Shown here: one piece after another, positions 1 to 7,636 of the stretch | Numbering within the stretch: position 1 is the first letter of the stretch | Layout of the letters: the number at the start of each line of letters is the position of its first letter | Source: a virus | Direction: 5' to 3' (one strand) | Virus record (IMG/VR): IMGVR_UViG_3300032770_000013 | Span: 31,989 to 95,988 of that record | DNA: 64,000 nt | Program-made: the position numbers and the translations under genes | Notes under the pieces: generated by a model | What the model saw: the letters and a program-made list of their open reading frames with translations, nothing else | Database searches by the model: none | Told to the model about the DNA's origin: nothing

Positions 1-99
1 TTTGCGAGATTGAACGTGGGGAGACTTTCCAATCTCACCCATCAAGACGTGCATATTACGCTTGAGGGCACCGGGGCTGGATGAATGTTCAAGCGGCAT
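1..99 (-). CDS. Partial small phage protein (N-terminus MPLEHSSSPGALKRNMHVLMGEIGKSPHVQSRK...), runs off the window edge
   Basis: ATG at 97-99 (minus) overlaps the end of the upstream HNH gene; frame is open to position 1; manual translation. Confidence 0.55.
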   Translation of the reverse strand, partial: MPLEHSSSPGALKRNMHVLMGEIGKSPHVQSRK

Positions 100-994
100 G
101 ACTGTTGCTCACAGGGAATATTGCTTCTTTTACCATGACACCGTGCGCAACCTTCGCCCCAAATGCCTTGTGGCAAGAGTAACATAAAGTCCGTCCATTT
201 TCGAGAGAGTATCTAAGTTCTGGGAAAAGCGAGAATGGCTTAATATGATCGGCGTTCAAAACGCCGCCTCTGATGCCGCAAATCGTGCATTTGTAATCGT
301 CGCGCTCGAACACAGCTACGCGCCAACGCTCAGCTTGCCTTGATTTTCTAGCTGCTTCGTTTTTCGTCGTTACACCGCCGCGCCAAAACGGATGATCTGG
401 ACCTCTTAATATTTTTTTATTTGGTGGTTGAGGTATTTTCCCACCGAAAGCAGCCATTACTTTACGGCCAGTTTCACGACGTGCTGCAATAATTTCCGGC
501 CGAGTTTGAACTTCTTTGATAGCGCAGGATCGACACCGTATGCCATGATTATCTATCCTACGCAGCCAGCTACACCCACAATCAATACACGTTGCCTGAA
601 CCATTATGCGGCGTTCATTTTTCTTATGGCGCTCTCCTCCTCGCCAATTAGGATGCTCCTTTCCTCTTAACACTTTTCTTCGGCGATAAGATTCCTTAAC
701 CTCAGGTCGCGAGCTAACCTCTTTCTGAGCGCACGACAAGCATCTACCTTTCCACTTTCGGATATTGCTTACATGCATCATCCAGGTATGACCGCAATCG
801 GAACAAACGACTTGCCGTTTCTTATCTCTATTTGCCTCTCTGTTGCAGACACGAGAACACTCACAGCAGAGAGAACCGCTAGTCCATCGCAACCCCGAAT
901 GACCATAAGGACACGGACGACCTTGATATTGCTTCAAGCCAGCTGCCAAGGCAGCATTCCGCGCTTCAATTGATTCCCGTCTGACCGACATCAC
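89..994 (-). CDS. HNH endonuclease with N-terminal CxxC repeats and NUMOD3-like motifs
   Basis: C-terminal CTICG...LNADHIKPF...NGRTLCYSCH; repeated HPNWRGG/HPFWRGG and CxxC motifs. Confidence 0.85.
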   Translation of the reverse strand: MMSVRRESIEARNAALAAGLKQYQGRPCPYGHSGLRWTSGSLCCECSRVCNREANRDKKRQVVCSDCGHTWMMHVSNIRKWKGRCLSCAQKEVSSRPEVKESYRRRKVLRGKEHPNWRGGERHKKNERRIMVQATCIDCGCSWLRRIDNHGIRCRSCAIKEVQTRPEIIAARRETGRKVMAAFGGKIPQPPNKKILRGPDHPFWRGGVTTKNEAARKSRQAERWRVAVFERDDYKCTICGIRGGVLNADHIKPFSLFPELRYSLENGRTLCYSCHKAFGAKVAHGVMVKEAIFPVSNSHAA

Positions 995-1305
995 TTACCT
1001 ATGATGGTCCACGCTGTCCCGTTAAACCAGCAAAGATAGGGCGTTGAATGTCCGCCCGAGGGGCTGGTCCCCCAGCTCGCTCCCGACGCCCCGTCCGTAA
1101 TTCGTGCGATTGTACCTGCACTTGGGCTGCTCGGCAATGTAGCTACCGTATAGCTTTTAATCGGGATGACCGCCAATGCCTGTACGGCGGCGATTAGTAC
1201 AAGCATATTCTGGTTGGCGGCCGAAAGCTGGCTGGTTACGCCCTTGATCTGCGTTGCTAGATCGGTACTACCGGCTGAGCCTTGGCCTACATCGTTTGCG
1301 GCCAT
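991..1305 (-). CDS. Small putative virion protein
   Basis: Tightly packed after the gp10-like gene; YTVATLPS...WFNGTAW fibre-type motif. Confidence 0.55.
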   Translation of the reverse strand: MAANDVGQGSAGSTDLATQIKGVTSQLSAANQNMLVLIAAVQALAVIPIKSYTVATLPSSPSAGTIARITDGASGASWGTSPSGGHSTPYLCWFNGTAWTIIGK

Positions 1306-1307
1306 CG

Positions 1308-3587
1308 TTAGCGTCTCCCCGCTGGAGCGTACCGGTACTTACACGAACCAAGGCGCCAAAAGCTGCCAATGTCCGCCGATTCCATCGTTATGCTCATCAA
1401 TCGCCCACGAAATCTAACGGACAGAAACTCAGTAGCAGATGTGCATGTGTACGGCCCGAAAACCGTTGGCGTATCGCCTGGATAATTGAGCACGTTAAAG
1501 CTTAATTGGATTTGCGCCGATGTCGCTCCATCAATCGTCTCCCAACGAAAGTCGGGTATGATCTGGTCGACGAAGACGTAGTCCTCGCTCTCCGCAAGAT
1601 AAAAATATCCGGTGGTGAACGTAGCCACCAGTGGGTTACCGGCGGCATCCGCCGTCGTCTCATGCTGATAGACAATGCCATTGGACGCCGCACCGATCGG
1701 CATGCCAAGCACGCTCTGATCGAGCCACGCCGAACGCTGTAGCGCATTGGCAGGTCCGTAATCCCATGGTGCGCCCGGCTCGAGAATGTTCATCTTGACG
1801 TAGCTGTCACACTCGCCCGACACGCTCGCAGCACTCGGATAAAGCCATCCAACCTCGTTGTACGGCGTATTCGGCATTGCCCGCACGTTCTGCAAAAACT
1901 CACTGTTGATATTCTGGAACACCTGATCCCAGATTGGGCACGGGATGATCGAGGCACCATTGCTCGTATAGGAACAGAAATTAGTGCGGTTCATCCAGTA
2001 CAGGCTTCCCCAAACCGCCTGAATCGAATGCGAGGACACCGCTCCCATGCCGGCTCCGACCTTGTTGAAGCCGAATACATTGGGCGGTCCGATATAGTTC
2101 ATCGCCCACAAATCAAGATCGGTGATGATGATGTTCTGATTCGGTGCCGCCAGACCGGCCATAATCATCGAGCCGGTTGAAATGGTATAATTGCCCGCTT
2201 GGTCGGATGCCTCCGCATTCCACTGGAAGAAATTAGATACGTCACACCACGATACCAACAGCGGCTGCTTCTGCCAGCCGATTGCCTGGTGGATCGAGGA
2301 GCCATACGCCACCATGATCTGCTCGGACATCGAGATAAACATGCCATTGTTAAACGGCGGAGCCGTCGCAATAACCTGTGCATTCTGAAAGCCCGAGGTA
2401 GGATCCCAGTAATAAAGCGCGCCGCCGTAAGGATTGGCGGCAAGAATCTCGCCCCAGTTGTCAGTCGTCCAGTCTGATGCCGTAATTTCGGTGCCGGTCT
2501 GCACGCCTTGGACGGACCCGGTGCCATAACCGCCCAAGCCATAACCGCCTAAGCCATAGCCCGTACCGCCAGGCGATGGACCTATGGCGATGTAGTAAAC
2601 CAACTGCGCCTCGCCGCCATTCATCCCGAAGGTAGAGCCGGCTGTGGCAAGCGTATTGGTCGTTATCGTGAAATCATTTGCATCCAGCACCGCATTGACG
2701 TCGTAGCTCCCCGTAATCGTGACGCCATCTGCCGTGGTTGGAATGGCAAAGACCACAATATCCGCAGCTTCAGAACCGGAAGCCGCCACTACGCCGTTAT
2801 CAATGAACGTGACCTTGACCGAATTGCTGCCGTTTGTAGTGGTGAAGACCGGCACGCTGTTGAAGACGATACTGTCTCCCGAACCAACTCCAGGAGCGGC
2901 GACGTTCTGCGATAGCGTAACCGTGGTGCCGCTGACGTTCTGGACTATCGTATTGGCCGGAATCGCAGTCGGATTGGTGAGGTCGAAGGCCACCATGCCG
3001 ATGGTTATCCAGCTTGGAGTTCCGCCGGGATACTGAAGGATTTTGCTTCCCGCGCCGGTCGAGCCTCCCGTGGTTGTTGGGTTAGATACCGTCGCTGTGG
3101 CATTGGTCGGAGCCGTAATCTCGTAAGAGCTCGGCCCGGTAACCTGCGTAATCTGATAGAGGCCATCAAGAATAAGACCGCCAATCGAAACCGGCACATT
3201 GAAAAACACCGCATCATCTACAGTCGGCCCATTGGTATTTGGATCGACAATGGTGACGACAGGACTGTTTATCGTCGTCGACATATTCGGCGGGAAATTG
3301 GAAATCAGTTGCTGCGGCGTGATGTCCTGCAATTGACCATTGGTCAGGACAATCAGCTTCGCCGTGGTTCCTACCGAAAGATGCTTGTTGTTGTTGAGGT
3401 CTTGCCACGCATGGAGATCGCGCGGCAGGCCGGCGATTGGATAGGGATAGTACGGTGTCCAGCCGCCGTATTTTTGCACCAGACTATCGCGGAAGCGGAT
3501 CAGGCTCGACGACGAGAAGCCCGCACGCAACAGCAGCGGCGTGCGCAGAACGTTGACGCCCGGCACTAAGGTAACCGAGCCTTCCAT
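1308..3587 (-). CDS. Podovirus tail nozzle / DNA stabilization (P22 gp10-like) protein
   Basis: 759 aa, beta-rich; PGVN start, GYGLGGYG repeats, WTTDNWGE, VGWLYPS and C-terminal RFRGRLMSI...WRLG...GRR motifs. Confidence 0.7.
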   Translation of the reverse strand: MEGSVTLVPGVNVLRTPLLLRAGFSSSSLIRFRDSLVQKYGGWTPYYPYPIAGLPRDLHAWQDLNNNKHLSVGTTAKLIVLTNGQLQDITPQQLISNFPPNMSTTINSPVVTIVDPNTNGPTVDDAVFFNVPVSIGGLILDGLYQITQVTGPSSYEITAPTNATATVSNPTTTGGSTGAGSKILQYPGGTPSWITIGMVAFDLTNPTAIPANTIVQNVSGTTVTLSQNVAAPGVGSGDSIVFNSVPVFTTTNGSNSVKVTFIDNGVVAASGSEAADIVVFAIPTTADGVTITGSYDVNAVLDANDFTITTNTLATAGSTFGMNGGEAQLVYYIAIGPSPGGTGYGLGGYGLGGYGTGSVQGVQTGTEITASDWTTDNWGEILAANPYGGALYYWDPTSGFQNAQVIATAPPFNNGMFISMSEQIMVAYGSSIHQAIGWQKQPLLVSWCDVSNFFQWNAEASDQAGNYTISTGSMIMAGLAAPNQNIIITDLDLWAMNYIGPPNVFGFNKVGAGMGAVSSHSIQAVWGSLYWMNRTNFCSYTSNGASIIPCPIWDQVFQNINSEFLQNVRAMPNTPYNEVGWLYPSAASVSGECDSYVKMNILEPGAPWDYGPANALQRSAWLDQSVLGMPIGAASNGIVYQHETTADAAGNPLVATFTTGYFYLAESEDYVFVDQIIPDFRWETIDGATSAQIQLSFNVLNYPGDTPTVFGPYTCTSATEFLSVRFRGRLMSITMESADIGSFWRLGSCKYRYAPAGRR

Positions 3588-4091
3588 TTAATTTGGCCTC
3601 GCAAACTCGCCATGAGGCCGATTAGCAGCATCCACATACGCATGATGAGCCGCAATCTCGGTATCGAAAAGTCCCAAATGTATCCGTTTATTCTCGTGTT
3701 GTATGTTTGCGAGCCATTTCTGCGATGCTTTGTGCCAACTCACGCCCTTAAATTTCGAACTCTTCGGTCTAGACCATTGTTTCCGGTTATGCTGATTTTG
3801 CGATTTTGTCGCGGCACGAAGGTTATCAATTCGATTATCGTCTCTAACACCATTTTTGTGATCGACTTCAAATTCAGGCCATTCACCAGTCTCAAAAAGC
3901 CAAGCTATCCGATGTGCCTGATAGACTTTGCCTCGCAGTTCAATCTCGCGATATCCTTGACCGTTTTTGTGACCTGCTTCAGCGCCGACCGAACATCTGC
4001 GTGCAGGAGCGGCCCTCCAATAAAAAAGGCCAGTCTCCGGTTCGTACCGAAGCCAAGACATGAGTTCGTTGCGAGTTAGACTTTCAGCCAT
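3588..4091 (-). CDS. HNH-AP2 homing endonuclease
   Basis: AHRIAW...VDHKNGVRDDNRIDNLR followed by AP2 domain SKFKGVSWHK...HLGLFDT. Confidence 0.9.
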   Translation of the reverse strand: MAESLTRNELMSWLRYEPETGLFYWRAAPARRCSVGAEAGHKNGQGYREIELRGKVYQAHRIAWLFETGEWPEFEVDHKNGVRDDNRIDNLRAATKSQNQHNRKQWSRPKSSKFKGVSWHKASQKWLANIQHENKRIHLGLFDTEIAAHHAYVDAANRPHGEFARPN

Positions 4092-4101
4092 GGCGATAAA
4101 T

Positions 4102-5070
4102 TTATGTCTTCACTAATGGTAAGAAGGAAACGATTGTCGGCTGGACGTTCCCGGACGCGCCACTAAAAGCATTCCGGACGGTAACTGACGTAGTGATGTT
4201 GGCGTAACCTGTCGCGCTATTCAGTCCAGATCCACGGATGACGGGGGCTATGCCTGCGCTATACGGCGAAACTGAGGTGGTAAGTCCGAGATCATGTTGG
4301 TGCCCGCTATCTGTCGAGGTCGCAACAGCGGTATGGTTATGCAGTTGCGGATTATCATCGCCGCCGGCCGAGGCCATCGCACTGCCGTTAATGCCACAAA
4401 CGCTAGGACTCAATCGGCCCGTGCCGACACCATCATAGCCGACTCTCGCCCGCGCGAGCTCGTCCGGCACGGCAAAGGTTAATCCCGGTGTGCCTCCGAA
4501 GGCGTTTCCGAGAACTGAAGCCAGCGCCGGATATGTTGAATTGTTGTAAACTGCGCCGTTCTTGATGAGATAAGGAATGACCGTGCACAGCAGCATCCAC
4601 TTGGGATAATAGGTTGCACCCTGTAAATCATATGCAGTGCCCGGGTCTGGCGCGTTGACAAAGTCCATATTCGTGCCATCGTTGAAGACGTGGCACTTCT
4701 TTCCATAGGGTATCCCAATCGCATTCCCAGCCCCGCCGCTCAGCAGTTGCACGCCATGCGTCGTCGGTGTGCAAAGGTTCTGCACAATGAAGAAGCCAGC
4801 CCGTGGGAAAGTAACTTGGACGTCACCGGTAAGCACTCCGGTAAAGACAATCAGCGAGCTTTGCGATTGATACGGTCCGCTCCAAGCCGCTCCGCTATTC
4901 GGCGGCGTGCTCAGCGTCACCGGCCCGCTCGATAGGCTGATCGTCGCTACGTTGCCGAAGAGGCTGTCAATTGCTCCAAAGTTGGCATTATTGGGCAAAT
5001 CCCAGGTGCCCACGTCCGAGCCCCTTGTCGGCTGGTAGATTTGGATATTGGCTGTCTGTGGATCTGCCAC
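4102..5070 (-). CDS. Tail fibre/baseplate-like protein with tail-collar domain
   Basis: YLIKNGAVY...YPALASVLG...FAVPD, SAGG...HNH, NVQPTIV...VKT collar motifs. Confidence 0.75.
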   Translation of the reverse strand: MADPQTANIQIYQPTRGSDVGTWDLPNNANFGAIDSLFGNVATISLSSGPVTLSTPPNSGAAWSGPYQSQSSLIVFTGVLTGDVQVTFPRAGFFIVQNLCTPTTHGVQLLSGGAGNAIGIPYGKKCHVFNDGTNMDFVNAPDPGTAYDLQGATYYPKWMLLCTVIPYLIKNGAVYNNSTYPALASVLGNAFGGTPGLTFAVPDELARARVGYDGVGTGRLSPSVCGINGSAMASAGGDDNPQLHNHTAVATSTDSGHQHDLGLTTSVSPYSAGIAPVIRGSGLNSATGYANITTSVTVRNAFSGASGNVQPTIVSFLPLVKT

Positions 5071-5082
5071 GGGTTATCCTTC

Positions 5083-5793
5083 CTAAGCGCGCGGCGGCGT
5101 GGCAATCGGGTTTGGTTGTTTTGGCGTCCAACCTTGCGACTGATACCGTTTGCGCATTTCCTCAGTGTTTGCAGATGCCCACAAATCCTGATAGTGTTTT
5201 GACCAACTCGACGAACCTTGCGGATCGTCTGTAAGAGCGCCGAAGTCTTTCAAATAGCCATAACCAAATATGAGAGATTCTGCTAGGAAAAGGTCCGGCA
5301 GATACAAACTCAAATAAGTTTGCGGGTTAGTAGCACTCAATGGCGTTGGTCTAATTGTCCCGATAACCTCCATCGTGTATGCCGCATCTGGAGGTGGCCC
5401 TACAATGATTGTCTGGTCCGTTATCATCGCGTAGTATTGCGGGACCGATGGCGTTGTTGTTGCCGTCTCGTTGCCCCACATCCAATCGATGAACTCGCGC
5501 GAGGTCGGCACAAGCTGAACGCGATTGCTGGAGTTGAGCGGATAAAAGACATTCATGCTCTCAGTAACAACAAACCGTCCTTGGTCCTGAGGTAGCGTGA
5601 AGCTGCGACTATTAGGTGTAAGAGTCGCGCTGGAATCTACAATTACAGAATTTAAAATATCTAATTCTCTGAGGATTCTTTGCTCGGAATCGTCGATCAC
5701 ATTCGGCAAAAATGTTTGAAAATTCGGGTCATTCTGAGGAATGACCAGCATGTTGGCCAGCGACTGAACGTATGTCGTATAGGTAAGGCTCAT
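5083..5793 (-). CDS. Conserved virion (head-tail adaptor-like) protein; contains the inferred guide target region at 5653-5697
   Basis: IDDSEQRILRELD, PQYYAM, GPPPDAAY and TYLSLYLPDLF motifs; position among structural genes. Confidence 0.65.
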   Translation of the reverse strand: MSLTYTTYVQSLANMLVIPQNDPNFQTFLPNVIDDSEQRILRELDILNSVIVDSSATLTPNSRSFTLPQDQGRFVVTESMNVFYPLNSSNRVQLVPTSREFIDWMWGNETATTTPSVPQYYAMITDQTIIVGPPPDAAYTMEVIGTIRPTPLSATNPQTYLSLYLPDLFLAESLIFGYGYLKDFGALTDDPQGSSSWSKHYQDLWASANTEEMRKRYQSQGWTPKQPNPIATPPRA

Positions 5794-5811
5794 ATAACTT
5801 CCCGATAAATA

Positions 5812-5843
5812 GGAAAGGCCGCCACGTTAGCGACGACCTTTCC
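5812..5843 (-). terminator. 12-bp stem-loop at the 3' end of the putative guide RNA (terminator or processing hairpin)
   Basis: Minus strand GGAAAGGUCGUC-GCUAACGU-GGCGGCCUUUCC followed by UAUUUAU; two G-U pairs form only on the minus strand. Confidence 0.6.
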
Positions 5844-5849
5844 ACCCCT

Positions 5850-5927
5850 ATCAGACCGGAACTCACCAGAACTCACCCGAGCTAACCATAACCGACCTGA
5901 TCTCACCGCATCTCGTCTCACCATAAC
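5850..5927 (-). ncRNA. 5-nt-periodic GNY-NN array; putative guide RNA of the Cas7/RAMP-like protein
   Basis: Minus strand: gtt AT ggt GA gac GA gat GC ggt GA gat CA ggt CG gtt AT ggt TA gct CG ggt GA gtt CT ggt GA gtt CC ggt CT gat; 16/16 triplets are G-N-Y and 7 are GGT. Confidence 0.75.
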
Positions 5928-6115
5928 AAATGTTGACGAGAAAGAAATTTGGCGAGGATGCGCCGGACGGCCTCGGAACGGGTAGGCTTGTCCTCTTGAG
6001 TTTGCCTCCATTGATCGATCGCACCGCGTAATTTCACAGGCAATCTTATCGCGGTCACAGGGTCTTGACCTGTCTGCGGCCTTCCTCTTTTTCGTACTAC
6101 AGGTATTGACCCCAT
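5918..6115 (-). CDS. Ribbon-helix-helix (CopG/Arc-like) regulator
   Basis: RKRGRPQTG...VTAIRLP...IDQWR...TRSEAVRRIL; divergent from the HNH/RAMP pair. Confidence 0.8.
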   Translation of the reverse strand: MGSIPVVRKRGRPQTGQDPVTAIRLPVKLRGAIDQWRQTQEDKPTRSEAVRRILAKFLSRQHLLW

Positions 6116-6134
6116 AGCCTATTTGTAATACACT
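6106..6134 (+). promoter_or_regulatory. Sigma70-like promoter for the HNH-RAMP operon
   Basis: TTGACC(6106-6111)-N17-TACACT(6129-6134), upstream of ATG 6162. Confidence 0.5.
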
Positions 6135-6161
6135 TATGCCGCTGAAACAAGACGGCAGAAG

Positions 6162-6593
6162 ATGACCTACGAAGAATACATCCGTTCGCCGCAATGGCAC
6201 GCAAAACGCGAACTTGCCCTTGCAAGGGACGGATTTCGTTGCCGAGCATGCGATGCAACCGAAAATCTTGAGGTTCACCATCGGCGCTATCCCAAAATTC
6301 TTGGCACGGAAAAAGTAGACGATTTGACAACGCTCTGCGGCGGCCAAAACGGCTGCCACATGGCCATCACTAATCTCCTTCGATCTCGCAGACATGCCTT
6401 GGCGACCATCGAGGCTTCCACAACAGTCCGAATCAGCATTGGACGCATAGAGGTATCTCATGAACTACAAGAACCTGAAATTTCGGATACGCAGCGTTGC
6501 ACCCCTGCTCATGCACAACGGGCAACTGGCGGACCCACTGAACCACCATGTGAAAGAAATGCGCAAGATTACGAGCAAGCGGATCAAAACTGA
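6162..6593 (+). CDS. HNH endonuclease, overlapping the RAMP-like gene
   Basis: YEEYIRSPQW..KR...RDGFRCRAC...LEVHHRRY...DLTTLC...CH. Confidence 0.8.
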   Translation: MTYEEYIRSPQWHAKRELALARDGFRCRACDATENLEVHHRRYPKILGTEKVDDLTTLCGGQNGCHMAITNLLRSRRHALATIEASTTVRISIGRIEVSHELQEPEISDTQRCTPAHAQRATGGPTEPPCERNAQDYEQADQN

Positions 6594-7026
6594 TTCCGAC
6601 TTGGAACAACTTGCCAAGCTGGAATGGTTCGGCTCGCTTTACATCAGCAACGGCGTCCCATGCTTGCCTGGAGAACTCGTAGAGGCGACGTTTGTCAACG
6701 CCGCCAAAAAGACCAAACGAGGCCAACAAGCTAAAGCCGGCATAATTTCGGACGGCTTTTGGCCAGTTGAATACGATGGGCCAAAAGACTTGGAAGAAAT
6801 GTGGAAAGATGGACGGTTTCGGCTCACTACCGCCGTTCGCGTATAGCGCAACAAGGTTATGAGGACACGACCGATCTTTCGACAGTGGGAATCCACTATC
6901 CAAATCGACTACCTGCCGGATCAATTGGGCGTCAACGAGATCACAGATATCGTCGCCATCATGGGACGATTGATTGGCTTCGGCGATTGGCGTCCGCGTT
7001 TTGGACGCTTTGAAATCGTCTCTTGA
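6460..7026 (+). pseudogene. Stand-alone Cas7/RAMP-like protein (188 codons) interrupted by one in-frame TAG at 6844-6846
   Basis: N-terminal IRSVAPLLMHN...LADPLN; reading through TAG gives RNKVMRTRPIFRQW...LIGFGDWRPRFGRFEIVS*, a Gly-rich C-terminal loop of RAMP type; SD GAGGT before ATG. Confidence 0.7.
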
Positions 7027-7058
7027 CCGCATCGCCCCACGTCACCCTTAGCCCCGCT
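7026..7058 (-). repeat. Second short, degenerate 5-nt-periodic array
   Basis: Plus strand acc GC atc GC ccc AC gtc AC cct TA gcc CC gct; same polarity as the main array. Confidence 0.4.
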
Positions 7059-7624
7059 TATTCCTCGATCTGCATGGGAACCATGCGGCCGACCTCCTTA
7101 ACCACGCGAGGCCGCACGCGGTCATCCTCCCGCGTCATCTCGCCCTTCGGCGTTTTGCCGAGGCGCTGTTCGGCTTCCCGGATTTGGCGGTTGGCGAGTT
7201 GCTCATTCTCGGTCCGGGCCTCATCGGTCAACTCTTTCGGCCGCTCCATGAGGATCAGGCCATCCTTGATGATGTGCGGCTTGTCGTAGCCCGGAGGCAA
7301 CGGCACCCAATCCGGATGCTGCCGCGGGTCGACGGGCAACCAGCCCTGCTCTTCCATGCGGGAGAGATAGAACGGATCATCGGCGCCGACGTTGCTGAAG
7401 CGCTTCCATTCCACCGATACGTCGGACGGAATCTTATCGAGATTGACCGCATCGAACGGATTGACCTGGACCGAGGCGCTACGCTGCCGGGTGCGTTTCC
7501 GCGGCGCATCGTGCTCGGCTACATGCTCGGTTTCCCGGGCATCGGGCGGCGGTGCTGCCGCATGTTCCGGTGTGCGATCGGCATTGCGACGCTGACGCCG
7601 CTGGGCAACTGTCTCGGGTTCCAT
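7058..7624 (-). CDS. Conserved head-module hypothetical protein
   Basis: IPSDVSVEWKR...EQGWLPV...DGLILMERP; follows the scaffold-like gene. Confidence 0.7.
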   Translation of the reverse strand: MEPETVAQRRQRRNADRTPEHAAAPPPDARETEHVAEHDAPRKRTRQRSASVQVNPFDAVNLDKIPSDVSVEWKRFSNVGADDPFYLSRMEEQGWLPVDPRQHPDWVPLPPGYDKPHIIKDGLILMERPKELTDEARTENEQLANRQIREAEQRLGKTPKGEMTREDDRVRPRVVKEVGRMVPMQIEE

Positions 7625-7636
7625 GATCTTTTCCTT

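Noticed and set aside
2521-2570. 15-nt periodic repeat
   Set aside because: Encodes the GYGLG repeats of the gp10-like protein.
5850-5927. CRISPR array or simple microsatellite
   Set aside because: No 25-40-bp repeats with spacers, and the units are not identical: constant triplets alternate with variable dinucleotides.
6844-6846. Genome-wide TAG reassignment
   Set aside because: Many genes end cleanly at TAG (e.g. 9551, 18438, 58335) and long genes are not fragmented under the standard code.
5790-7032. Minus-strand ORFs 5790-6461 and 6433-7032
   Set aside because: Shadow ORFs overlapping the motif-supported RHH, HNH and RAMP-like genes; no recognisable motifs.
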